The notes under the pieces: model-generated
Told to the model about the DNA's origin: nothing
Seen by the model: the letters and a program-made list of their open reading frames with translations, nothing else
Databases searched by the model: none
Shown here: piece after piece, positions 9,434-19,700 of the stretch
Layout of the letters: each line of letters starts with the position of its first letter
How positions within the stretch are numbered: the first letter of the stretch is position 1
Program-made: the position numbers and the translations under genes
Assembly: GCA_965219955.1 (NCBI GenBank)
Contig: OZ244799.1
Span: forward strand, 160,001 to 224,000
Direction: 5' to 3'
From: a bacterium
GTDB lineage: Bacteria; UBA8248
DNA length: 64,000 nt

Positions 9434-10372
9434 ATGAGTGAAACATCGAATGGCGGCGTCGCCGTCGAGGCGCCGCCCGAGACGCGCAAGATCGGCGTGG
9501 TCGGGGTCAAGACGCGCTTCGGCGCGCGGCCGGTACACCACACCTACGGGGCATTGCGCCTTCGGGTCGGCATGAAGGTCATGGTCAAGACCAGGAGCGG
9601 GGATACGGAGTTCGGCGAGATTTCCGAAAACCCCCGGGTCATGGATTCGCGCTATTATCCCGAGTCCCTCCCCGAGGTGCTGCGGACGGCCACCGAGGAT
9701 GACGAGAAAAAAGTGGCCCGCACCGAGGCGAACGAGAAGAGCGCCTATGATTTCTGCCGGATGAAGATATCCGAGCTCAAACTGCCCATGCGCCTCATCG
9801 AGGTCCGCTACATTCACTCGAACAAGAAGGCGACGTTTTATTTCTCCTCCGACGGCCGCGTGGATTTCCGCAAGCTGGTGCGGATACTCGCCGAGCGACT
9901 CTCCGTCCGCGTGGAGATGCGCCAGATCGGCGTGCGCGACGAGGCGGGCATGAAGGGCGGCTGCGGGGATTGCGGGCGCACCTATTGCTGCAGCTCCTTT
10001 CTCAAGTCGTTCGATCCCATTTCCGTCCGCATGGCGAAGGACCAGAACCTGAGCCTGAACCCCGTCAAGCTCTCCGGCGGCTGCGGGCGGCTCAAGTGCT
10101 GCCTCCGCTTCGAGCATTCCCACTACGTGTCGGTGAAGAAGAAATTGCCGGCGTGCAAGAAGAAAGTCGGCGGCTGCGACTGCGGCGCGACCGTCGTGCG
10201 CCAGGACCTGCTCAAGGAAGAGGTGACCCTGGCTCTCGAGACGGGAGACTTCATGACGGTGCGCGCGGAGGATCTCATGCGCTTGCCTACGGGCCAGTTT
10301 TCTCTTAAAACCGGCGTCCAGAACGATACGTCCCTAAACGTCCTGCCCAAGGAAAACGGCCCCAGACGATGA
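9434..10372 (+). CDS. PSP1/RicT (YaaT) family Fe-S protein
   Basis: RVDFRKLV...RVEMRQIGVRDEA..GGCGDCGRTYCC..MAKDQNLSLNPVKLSGGCGRLKCCL; conserved holB-PSP1-metG order. Confidence 0.9.
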   Translation: MSETSNGGVAVEAPPETRKIGVVGVKTRFGARPVHHTYGALRLRVGMKVMVKTRSGDTEFGEISENPRVMDSRYYPESLPEVLRTATEDDEKKVARTEANEKSAYDFCRMKISELKLPMRLIEVRYIHSNKKATFYFSSDGRVDFRKLVRILAERLSVRVEMRQIGVRDEAGMKGGCGDCGRTYCCSSFLKSFDPISVRMAKDQNLSLNPVKLSGGCGRLKCCLRFEHSHYVSVKKKLPACKKKVGGCDCGATVVRQDLLKEEVTLALETGDFMTVRAEDLMRLPTGQFSLKTGVQNDTSLNVLPKENGPRR

Positions 10373-12318
10373 GCCAAAAACCATTTTACGTCTCCACGCC
10401 GATTTATTACGTCAACGACAAGCCGCACCTCGGCCATGCCTACACGACGGTGGCGTGCGACGCCAAGGCCCGCTTCCACAGGCTGCGCGGCGAGCCGACG
10501 CAGTTTCTCACCGGAACCGACGAGCACGGCCAGAAGCTCGAGCGCGCGGCCCGCGAGGCCGGCATGGACCCCCTGGCGTTCTGCGACATGAACAGCGCGA
10601 AATTCCGCGAACTCTGGGAGAAGCTCGACATCTCCTATGACGATTACATCCGCACGACCGAGGAGCGTCACATTCGCGGCGTGCAGGAACTCTGGCGGCG
10701 CGTGGAGGCGGCGGGCGACATCTACCTGGGCGCCTACGCCGGCTGGTACGCCGTCCGGGACGAGGCGTTCTATACCGAGAGCGAACTCACCGAAGGCCCC
10801 GGCGGCGTGAAACTCGCGCCCACGGGCGCAGAGGTCGAATGGGTGGAGGAGCCGAGCTATTTCTTCCGCCTGAGCAAGTACGCCGAGCCGCTTCTGGAGT
10901 ATTACGAGAAGCATCCCCGGTTCGTTCAGCCCGAGAGCAGAAGAAACGAGGTGATGAGCTTCGTGCGCGGCGGCCTCAAGGACCTCTCGCTCTCGCGCAC
11001 GAGCTTTCAGTGGGGAATCCCCGTGCCGGGGGATGAGAAGCACGTGATCTACGTGTGGTTCGACGCGCTGAGCAACTACCTGACCGCTCCGGGCTTCGAT
11101 GAGAACGGGGTTCGCGAGGGAAGCCCCTGGCCGACGGATCAGCACTTCATCGGCAAGGACATCCTGAGGTTCCACGCGGTCTACTGGCCGGCCTTTCTGC
11201 TCTCCGCAGGCGTCCCGCTGCCCGGCCAGGTCTTCAGTCACGGGTGGTGGACGGTCGAGGGCCAGAAGATGTCCAAGAGCCTGGGCAACGCGGTCGACCC
11301 GCACTGGCTCATCGAGGAATACGGCGTCGACGCCATCCGCTATTTCCTGCTCAAGGAGATTCCCTTCGGGCTGGACGGGGATTTCTCCCACGGCGCGCTG
11401 ATCGACCGCATCAACAGCGATCTGGCGAACGATCTGGGCAACCTGCTCTACCGCACCCTGAACATGGTGAAGCGCTACAGCGAGGGCCGGCTGGAGCGCT
11501 CCCCGGCGGGCGAAACCGAGGCGGAGAGCGCGTTTTGCGAGTTCGTCGCCGATGCGGCCGCGCGATACGAGCGCGGCATGACGGCCACGCACTTTCAGCA
11601 TGGCCTGAGAGCCGCCTGGGAGGTGATTTCCTCCGCCAACAAATACATCGACTCGAGCGCCCCCTGGACGCTGGCGAAAGAGAACAGCGAGGCCCGCCTG
11701 AATTCCGTGCTCTGGCACGCCGTGGCGGCGATTCGCGTCGTCGCGGCCATGATTTCGCCCGTCATGCCCGCCTCAGCAGAGAAGATAGCGGCGCAAATCG
11801 GGCTGGCCGGGGATTGGGCGAGCGCGCCTTATCCGGAATTGATGGACATGCGGAGGCTGCCGGAGGAGTTGGTCACCAACATCGGCGCTCCCCTTTTCCC
11901 GCGCATCGAGGATGAGGCGAAAGAAGCCATTCAGGAGAAGGTGGCCCGCCGCATCGCCGGCGGGGCCGATGCCGCGCCTCAGGAAGATGAGAAAGAAGAG
12001 ATATCCTTCGAGGAATTTCAAAAGATGGATTTGCGCGCCGCGCAGGTCCTGGAGGCCGAGCGGATACCCAAGTCGAAGAACCTGCTGAAGCTCACCGTTT
12101 CCCTGGGAGGGGAAACCCGAACCGTCGTGGCGGGTCTGGCGAAACACTACGCGCCCGAGGATTTGGTGGATCGTAAGGTGATCCTGGTGGCCAACCTCGC
12201 GCCCGCCAGGCTCATGGGCGTGGAATCGCAGGGCATGGTCCTCGCGGCCGAAGACGGCGAGCATCTCCTGCTCGCGGGCGTGGACGAGACGGTAACGCCG
12301 GGCGCGCCGATCCGGTAG
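10369..12318 (+). CDS. metG: Methionine--tRNA ligase with C-terminal tRNA-binding domain
   Basis: HLGH (HIGH) and KMSKS motifs, TGTDEHGQK, C-terminal EMAP-like domain. Confidence 0.97.
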   Translation: MSQKPFYVSTPIYYVNDKPHLGHAYTTVACDAKARFHRLRGEPTQFLTGTDEHGQKLERAAREAGMDPLAFCDMNSAKFRELWEKLDISYDDYIRTTEERHIRGVQELWRRVEAAGDIYLGAYAGWYAVRDEAFYTESELTEGPGGVKLAPTGAEVEWVEEPSYFFRLSKYAEPLLEYYEKHPRFVQPESRRNEVMSFVRGGLKDLSLSRTSFQWGIPVPGDEKHVIYVWFDALSNYLTAPGFDENGVREGSPWPTDQHFIGKDILRFHAVYWPAFLLSAGVPLPGQVFSHGWWTVEGQKMSKSLGNAVDPHWLIEEYGVDAIRYFLLKEIPFGLDGDFSHGALIDRINSDLANDLGNLLYRTLNMVKRYSEGRLERSPAGETEAESAFCEFVADAAARYERGMTATHFQHGLRAAWEVISSANKYIDSSAPWTLAKENSEARLNSVLWHAVAAIRVVAAMISPVMPASAEKIAAQIGLAGDWASAPYPELMDMRRLPEELVTNIGAPLFPRIEDEAKEAIQEKVARRIAGGADAAPQEDEKEEISFEEFQKMDLRAAQVLEAERIPKSKNLLKLTVSLGGETRTVVAGLAKHYAPEDLVDRKVILVANLAPARLMGVESQGMVLAAEDGEHLLLAGVDETVTPGAPIR

Positions 12319-12356
12319 CGACGAGACGACCCGCCCGGGAGATTGGAGTTTGTGGA

Positions 12357-14087
12357 GTGAACGAATCTATGGAATCCGGGCCGGATTCATCCGGCGATAA
12401 GGACTCATTCGCGGGCAAGGACAGAAGGGGACGCTCCCAGCGCCGCAGAAGAAGACGCGGCCGGAGGGGCGGAAAACGTCCGGAACACAAAGAAAATCAG
12501 AATACATCCGGGAGAGCCGAACCCGCCGCGCAATCGCAAAACGGGGAGAAAGCCGCCCAGCGCCCTGAAAACGGGGGCGCGCGCGACCCCGATTCCCGGC
12601 GCAGGCGAGGCGGGCGCAAGGGGAGGAACCGCTCGCGCGGGGAGCGGAGGCAACGGCCCAAACCCCAGGTCATCATCGCCGATCTGCCCGATACGAACGG
12701 CGCGCCCGTTCTGGTGGACACCCACGCCCATCTCATCGACAAGGCGTTCGATCCGGATCGCCAGGGGGCGGTGGAGCGCGCCATCGAGGAGAGGGTGCAC
12801 TACATCATATCGATGGGCACCTGCCTGGAGTCGAGCCGCCAAACCCTCGACCTGGCAGCCTCCTACGCCGGCGTCTACGCGGCGGTCGGCGTTCATCCGA
12901 GCGACGTCAAGGACGTGAACGAGCGGACCATCCGGGAGATCGCCAGGCTCGCGGAGGAACCCAAAGCGGTGGCCGTCGGCGAGATCGGGCTGGACTACTA
13001 CCGCGAGGGCGCCCCGCGCAAGACCCAGCGCAGGTGGTTCCGGGAGCAAATCAGGGTGGCCGTCGATGTGGGCAAGCCCATCGTCGTCCATTGCCGCGAC
13101 TCTGCGGATGACATCTATGAGGTTCTGGAAGAAGAAAAGGCGTGGCGCGCGGGCGGCGTCATCCACTGCTTCACGGGCGATGACGAGCAGGCCCGGAAAT
13201 TCCTGGACATCGATTTTCACCTGGGCGCGGGCGGGGCCATCACCTTTTCGCGCTCGGAAGAGTTGAGGGAAGTCTTCGAGCGGGTTCCCGTAGAGCGCGT
13301 GCTGCTCGAGACGGACAGTCCCTATCTCGCCCCGCCGCCGCACCGGGGCAAGCGGAACGAACCGGCCTACGTCGCTCGCGTGGCGGAGACCCTGGCCGAG
13401 CTCCACGGAATAACGACGGAGGAGGTCACGCGCCTCACCACCGAGAATGTGCGCCGCCTGTTCGGGATAGGGCCGGAGCCTGATGGGGGGAGCATCGCCT
13501 ACGCGGTCGGCGAGACGCTCTACCTCAACGTGACGAACGATTGCCAGAATTCGTGTTTTTTCTGCGGGCTCCTGAGCGATTGCGTCTACAAGGGCCACAA
13601 TCTGAAACTCGAAAAAGACCCCGACGCGGCTGAGGTGCTCGCCGCCGCCGGCGACCCGACCCGCTTCGCCGAGGTCGTCTTCAGCGGATTCGGCGAGCCG
13701 ACGCTCAGGCTCGACGTGGTGAAGGAGGTGGCCGGCGAACTCAAGCGCCGCGGCGCCAGGCGGATCCGCCTGGTGACGAACGGGCTCGCGAACAAGACGC
13801 ACGAGAGGAACATCCTGCCCGAGCTGGGCGGCCTCGTGGACGCGATATCCATCAGCATGCAGGCGGAAAGCCCGGAAGCCTACGCGAAGGTCTGCAAGAC
13901 CAAAGACATCGAAGAACCCTACCCGCTGGTCAAGGAATTCGTGAGGTGGTCCAAGAACTACATCCCCGAGGTGGAGGTAACCGCCGTCAAGATGAGCGGC
14001 CTCATCGACATCGAAGCGTGCGAGAAGGTGGCGACGGAAGAACTGGGCGTGCCCTTCCGCGCGCATGATTACGTGAGGATGGATTAG
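12357..14087 (+). CDS. tatD: TatD nuclease fused to a radical SAM domain, with Arg-rich N-terminal extension
   Basis: DTHAH, GVHP, GEIGLDY, VIHCF, LETDSPY, then LYLNVTNDCQNSCFFC (CxxxCxxC) and FSGFGEPTLR. Confidence 0.9.
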   Translation: MNESMESGPDSSGDKDSFAGKDRRGRSQRRRRRRGRRGGKRPEHKENQNTSGRAEPAAQSQNGEKAAQRPENGGARDPDSRRRRGGRKGRNRSRGERRQRPKPQVIIADLPDTNGAPVLVDTHAHLIDKAFDPDRQGAVERAIEERVHYIISMGTCLESSRQTLDLAASYAGVYAAVGVHPSDVKDVNERTIREIARLAEEPKAVAVGEIGLDYYREGAPRKTQRRWFREQIRVAVDVGKPIVVHCRDSADDIYEVLEEEKAWRAGGVIHCFTGDDEQARKFLDIDFHLGAGGAITFSRSEELREVFERVPVERVLLETDSPYLAPPPHRGKRNEPAYVARVAETLAELHGITTEEVTRLTTENVRRLFGIGPEPDGGSIAYAVGETLYLNVTNDCQNSCFFCGLLSDCVYKGHNLKLEKDPDAAEVLAAAGDPTRFAEVVFSGFGEPTLRLDVVKEVAGELKRRGARRIRLVTNGLANKTHERNILPELGGLVDAISISMQAESPEAYAKVCKTKDIEEPYPLVKEFVRWSKNYIPEVEVTAVKMSGLIDIEACEKVATEELGVPFRAHDYVRMD

Positions 14088-14255
14088 GGGGGATAATTCC
14101 CAGCGGCAAAGAACATTGGAGTGATAGTTGTTTCAGGTGGTCAAACTAATCCCAGAGTCTCTCTCACAATTTGCTCTATGGGATGTGTATCCACCGCTTC
14201 TCGTGTTCGGAAAACTCCTTGTTCCCGATCATGATGTAAAGATAGAGACTATTGC

Positions 14256-15086
14256 ATGAGCAGTCTAACGGCCGTCGAGAAACTGTATCTTGAAAAAATT
14301 TTGGACATGGGTGGTGGCTATGTTCTGAATTTCACCGATGCGACATTCGCAGAGTTTTTTAAGCGCTATAAAGTTAACATTCATGGTAACCAATATCTGA
14401 CTTACGGCACATCCAAAGCCAAAAAAATGCGCGCATTTTGGGAGCGGGAATCAGATGCACTTGTTGGACGTGTTTTATCCGAAATGCTCGACAACTATGA
14501 GGCAGAATGCGACTTAAATGATCGCAAACGTGATAACGACTTACTCTTAAAGAGCCGAGAGATTGTTTCTAGGCTCTCCGGTAAAACAACTGCGGCAGAG
14601 CCCATGGCCGTCGAAGGCTTCATGAACAAGGACTTCGAAATACCAAATATTCGGAGATTACCTGTCGAACCCCATGTGGCCGATATCATTGATGGCCGAT
14701 TGAATGAAGCGCGGAAAGCTTTGTCGGCTGGCGCACATCTATCCGTTATTTTTCTGTGTGGCAGTGTTTTAGAGGGTGTTCTTGTTGGGGCAGCTCAGAA
14801 AGAACCCGAAAGATTTAACCGATCTAAAGTTGCTCCCTGTAAAGATGACGGCAAGGTAAAACCATTTCATGAATGGTCTCTAGCGCAGTTCATCGACATC
14901 GCATGTGACATAGGTTTATTGAAACCTGATGTTAAAAAATTCAGTCATGGGCTACGTGATTTTAGAAACTATATACATCCATACGAGCAAATGCTCTCAG
15001 GATTCACTCCTGATGAGCACACTGCTAAGCTTTGTTTCCAGACATTGAAAGCAGCTCTTGCCGACGTAGTTGGCGACCGCAAATGA
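14256..15086 (+). CDS. Putative abortive-infection protein (AbiJ/Abi-type N-terminus plus HEPN-like C-terminus)
   Basis: GGYVLNFTDATFAEFF..YGTSKAKKMRAFW N-terminus; CGSVLEG helix and RNYIH (Rx3-4H) motif; clearly AT-richer than the flanks. Confidence 0.6.
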   Translation: MSSLTAVEKLYLEKILDMGGGYVLNFTDATFAEFFKRYKVNIHGNQYLTYGTSKAKKMRAFWERESDALVGRVLSEMLDNYEAECDLNDRKRDNDLLLKSREIVSRLSGKTTAAEPMAVEGFMNKDFEIPNIRRLPVEPHVADIIDGRLNEARKALSAGAHLSVIFLCGSVLEGVLVGAAQKEPERFNRSKVAPCKDDGKVKPFHEWSLAQFIDIACDIGLLKPDVKKFSHGLRDFRNYIHPYEQMLSGFTPDEHTAKLCFQTLKAALADVVGDRK

Positions 15087-15249
15087 CATCATAGCTGCTA
15101 ATCCACTAAGCGTCGTTAGATGCCTGAATCCGCAAGATATAATCCTTATCTTTGGGGTAAAATGCCCCCATGACTAACCAGCATTCCTCGAAAAGATTTC
15201 TCAAGCCTGACGGATGCAATCTGCAAATGATTATCTGGAACGCCCATAG

Positions 15250-16182
15250 ATGAGCAAGCCCTTCTACATCCTCTCGCTCGACGGCGGGGGATCGCTCGGG
15301 GTCTACACGTTAGGCGTGCTGGCCGGGATCGAGCGCGCCCTGGGACGCCCCCTGCACGAGGCCTTCGACCTCGCCTACGGCGTCAGCACGGGCTCCATCA
15401 TCGCCACGATGATTGCGCTGGGCGATGAGGTCGAGCCGACGATTGCGGATCGCTATTTCGAACTCGCGCCCGACGTGCTGGGGCCTTTGCTCGCGCGCAA
15501 CAAGACGAACGCGCTCGAGCGGCACTCGGAGAGAATCTATGGCGACAGGACCTTTGAGGATTTCAAGCTGGACGTCGGAATCCTCGTCACCCATGAAGAG
15601 TACGACCGCCCCATGGTGTTCAAGCGCACCATCAATCCATCTGGAGGCTGCCCCGATTGTTTTCTCTCCGGTGAGGGCCTGAAAATATCGGATGCGATCA
15701 TGGCGTCTTGCGCCGCGCATCCGTTCCTGAAGCAAAAGCGCATCGCCGCGCCCCGTATCGAGGAGCGCACGGCGCTCGACGGAGGTTTTACGGCGAACAA
15801 CCCGGCCCTTTTCGCCATCGCCGATGCCACCGGCCCGCTCGGAATCCCTCCCGAGAACATCCGCATCCTGAGCGTCGGGACGGGCAGTTATCCCGAATCG
15901 CGAAAATGGACGCGGCGGATCATCGCAGGCATCCGGCCGCTCAAGACCTACATGACGCTCTCGAGAACGAGTTCGAACACCGTCGATACGCTGCGGGAGC
16001 TGTTCTTCCCGGACGTCCGGACCGTGAGGATCAACGACTCTTTCACCGAGCGCGCCTATGAGACGGATTTCATGGAGCACGACCCGCGCAAGCTCCGGGC
16101 CATATTCGGGCTCGGGCGCAAATCCTTCGAGAAAGCGGAGGCCGAGGTACGGGAGTTTTTTGGGGATGCGCGCTCTGAGTAG
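15250..16182 (+). CDS. Patatin-like phospholipase
   Basis: LSLDGGG oxyanion loop, GVSTG (GxSxG), DGG-ANNP, ILSVGTG. Confidence 0.9.
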   Translation: MSKPFYILSLDGGGSLGVYTLGVLAGIERALGRPLHEAFDLAYGVSTGSIIATMIALGDEVEPTIADRYFELAPDVLGPLLARNKTNALERHSERIYGDRTFEDFKLDVGILVTHEEYDRPMVFKRTINPSGGCPDCFLSGEGLKISDAIMASCAAHPFLKQKRIAAPRIEERTALDGGFTANNPALFAIADATGPLGIPPENIRILSVGTGSYPESRKWTRRIIAGIRPLKTYMTLSRTSSNTVDTLRELFFPDVRTVRINDSFTERAYETDFMEHDPRKLRAIFGLGRKSFEKAEAEVREFFGDARSE

Positions 16183-16325
16183 TGTGAGGTTTTGACTTTG
16201 TAGGGGAGGACCTGCGTGTCCTCCCTTTTTGTTTGCCGTTCTGTTCGGATTGTATCCATTGTGGCGGGCGGACAGGCAGTCAGACATATATGTCTGACCC
16301 CTACGAAAACCGCAAACCCTGCCCC

Positions 16326-16537
16326 GTCATTCCGGCGAAAGCCGGAATCCATTTTGATTTTTACCGGGCGGGGTGGCCACGACCTTGTTGTCGCGCGGCG
16401 TCCGAATGCGGAACCCAGAGAATTCGCCTTTCGTTTTTATGTTCGATTCCGATCCTCCCCGCCCGGGCGTAAAGACGGACGAACGAGGAGGCGAAAAGGC
16501 AAAGGCGAAAATGGATTCCGGCTTTCGCCGGAATGAC
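16326..16537. repeat. MITE-like element family B copy 1
   Basis: Terminal inverted repeats GTCATTCCGGCGAAAGCCGGAATCCAT; interior nearly identical to 32353-32589. Confidence 0.8.
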
Positions 16538-16745
16538 GGCCAAAACCCGAAACCGGGCGGAGGCGCAGGCGTCACTTTTTTCTTGAAGGGGTTTCTCAAC
16601 AACCCCCCTCAAGGGAGGAGTTGATTTTGAGGCTCATCACAAGGGGGGTATTTGTTGCAACTCATCCCCGACGGAGAAAGAGCCGCCGACTAAAAGAAAA
16701 GCCCCCCCTTCCATCGCGCCTGGTTTGGGGTAGAATACGCCCGCT

Positions 16746-19700
16746 ATGGACAGACACTCCTTTCATCCTTTGATCGCGCGCTGGTTCGGTGAGAAATTCG
16801 GTGAGCCGAGCGCTCCCCAGGATGCGGGCTGGCCCGAAATCGCCACCGGGCGCGACACGCTCATCGCAGCGCCCACGGGCACGGGCAAGACGCTGGCCGC
16901 CTTCCTGTGGTCGCTCGACGGCCTGATCCGCGACGCACTCGCGGGCGAACTCGATGATGAGTGCCGCCTCGTCTACATCTCTCCGCTCAAGGCGCTCGGC
17001 AACGACATCCAGAAGAACCTGCAGGAGCCTTTGAGCGAGATGCGCGCGCTCGCGAAAAAAGAGGGCGTGGAGTTGCCTGAGATCCGCGTGGCGGTGCGCT
17101 CCGGCGATACGCCCGCGCGCGAGCGCAGGCTCATGCTCAAAAAACGCCCCCACATCCTCATCACCACGCCGGAGTCGCTCTACATCCTCCTGACGGCCGA
17201 GCGCAGCCGAAAAGTATTGGAAACCGCGCGCGCCGTCATCGTGGACGAGATACACGCGGTCGCGGGGGACAAGCGCGGCGCGCACCTGGCGATATCTCTC
17301 GAGCGGCTCGACGCCCTTTGCGATAGGCGGCTCCAGCGCATCGGCCTCAGCGCCACGCAGAAGCCGATCGGGGAGATCGCGCGCCTGCTCATCGGTGCGG
17401 AAAGGCGAGGGGAGGACGGCGCTCCCGATTGCGCTGTCGTGGACGTGGGCCACAAGCGCGAGATGTCGCTCACGGTCGAGGTGGCCGATCAGGATATCGG
17501 CCCCATCGCCTCGCACGAGTACTGGGCCGAAGTGTTCGACCGCATCGCCGCCCACATCGAGGCCCACCGCACGACCATCGTGTTCGTCCACACGAGGCGG
17601 CTGGCGGAGCGCGTCTCCCACCGGCTCACGGAGAGGCTCGGCGAGGGGCGCGTGGCCGCGCACCACGGCTCCCTGTCGCGCAAGATCAGGCTCGACGCCG
17701 AAGAGCGGCTGAAATCGGGCGCGCTTTCCGCCATCGTCGCCACGGCGTCGCTGGAGCTCGGCATCGACATCGGCCACGTCGATCTCGTCTGCCACCTGGG
17801 CGCACCGAGAACCCTCGCCTCGCTGCTCCAGCGCGTGGGGCGCTCGGGCCACTGGAAGGGCGCAATCCCTAAGGGAATCGTCTTTCCCATGACGAGGGAC
17901 GAACTGCTGCAGAGCGCCGCCGCGATCCGCTCGGTACGTGGAGGCGCGCTCGACCGCGTCATTTTCCCCGAAGCGCCGCTCGACATCCTCGCCCAGCAGA
18001 TGGTGGCCGAGGCCGCGGCGCAAGAGGAGATAGGAGAGGAGGCGCTCTGGTCGCTCATCAGGCGCGCGCAGCCATACGGGGCGCTTGAAAGAGATGTTTT
18101 CGAGGACGTGCTCGAGATGCTGTCCGAGGGCATTTCCACCAGCCGGGGCAGGCGCACCGCCTATCTGCACAGGGACCGCGTGAACGCCCTCTTGAGGCCG
18201 AGGCGCGGTGCTCGGCTTTGCGCCATCACGTCGGGCGGCGCGATTCCCGACACGGCGGATTACGACGTGGTGGAGGGTGCTGCGGAGACCTTTGTGGGCA
18301 AGGTGAACGAGGATTTCGCCATCGAGTCGAACGCGGGCGACATTTTCCTGCTCGGCAACCACTCCTGGCGCGTCAAGCGCGTGGAGCGCGACAAGGTGCG
18401 CGTGGAGGACGCCGAGGGGCTTCCGCCGAACATCCCCTTCTGGCTGGGCGAGGCGCCCTCGCGCACGGCGGAACTCTCGGAGGCCGTCTCCGCGCTGCGG
18501 ACCGAACTGGCGGGGCGTCTCGATGCGCCTGCCGAGGCGATGCGCTGGATGCGCGCGGAATGCGGGCTTTGCGCACAGGGAGCGTCGCAGATTCTCGACT
18601 ACGTCCGCGAGACCGTTCGCGTGCTGGGGCGCGTCCCCACGCAGGAAGAGGTAATCGCGGAGCGGTTCTTCGACGAGGCGGGCGGGATGCAGCTCGTCAT
18701 CCACTCGCCCTTCGGGGGCCGCATCAACCGTGCGTGGGGCCATACGCTGAGAAAACGCTTTTGCCTCACGTTCGATTTCGAGCTCCAGGCCGCCGCGACG
18801 GACGACGGCATCGTGCTTTCGCTCTCCTCGCAGCACAGCTTCCCGCTCGAATCGATTTTCGGCTTCGCGCGCCTGGCGTCTCTCAAAAAGGACATGCTCC
18901 AGTCCGCGCTCCAGTCGCCCATGTTCACCAACCGCTGGCGCTGGAACGCCACGCGCGCATTAGCACTCCCCAGGCACAGCGGGGGCAAGAAGGTGCCGGT
19001 CGCGATCCAGCGTATGCGGGCGGAAGACTTGCTCGCCGCCGTATTCCCGGCCCAGCTTGCGTGCCAGGACAACCACCACGGCCCCATCGAGCCGCCCGAC
19101 CACCCCCTCGTGAACGAGACGGTGGAGAACTGCCTGACCGAAGCGATGGACATCGAGAGCTTGAGGTCGCTCATCGCGGACGTGGAGAGCGGGAAGATCA
19201 AGACCTATGGCGTGGAGACGCCCGCGCCCTCGCCGATGTCGCACGAGATACTGAACGCGAACCCCTACGCCTTCATCGACGACGCCCCGCTGGAGGAGCG
19301 CCGCTCGCGCGCGGTGCCGCTGAGGCGCGCCCTGCCCGATGACGCCGAGGGCGCCCGGCTCGACCCGGACGTCATCGAGGAGGTGTGCGAGCAGGCCCGG
19401 CCGGCCCCGCGCGACGCGGACGAACTGCACGACGCGCTGCTCTCCCTGTGTATTTTGCCGGTGGAAGAAGCGGGCGAATGGTCCGCCTGGGTGGATGAAC
19501 TCCTTGATCAGAACCGCGTGGCGAAAGCGGTTTGGAAGGCGGGCGGCGTCGAACGGGAGGGCTGGGTTCCTGCGGAGAGAATGGCGCTCATGCGCGCGGC
19601 GATTCCGGGAATCAGGCTTCATCCCGAGACGATCCCCTTCCAGGGGGATGAGGCGGAGCTGCCCGCGCAGGATGAGGCGGCCCTCGCTGTAGTCAGAGGC

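Noticed and set aside
15250-16182. CBASS system
   Set aside because: No CD-NTase cyclase or cap2/cap3 genes in the window.
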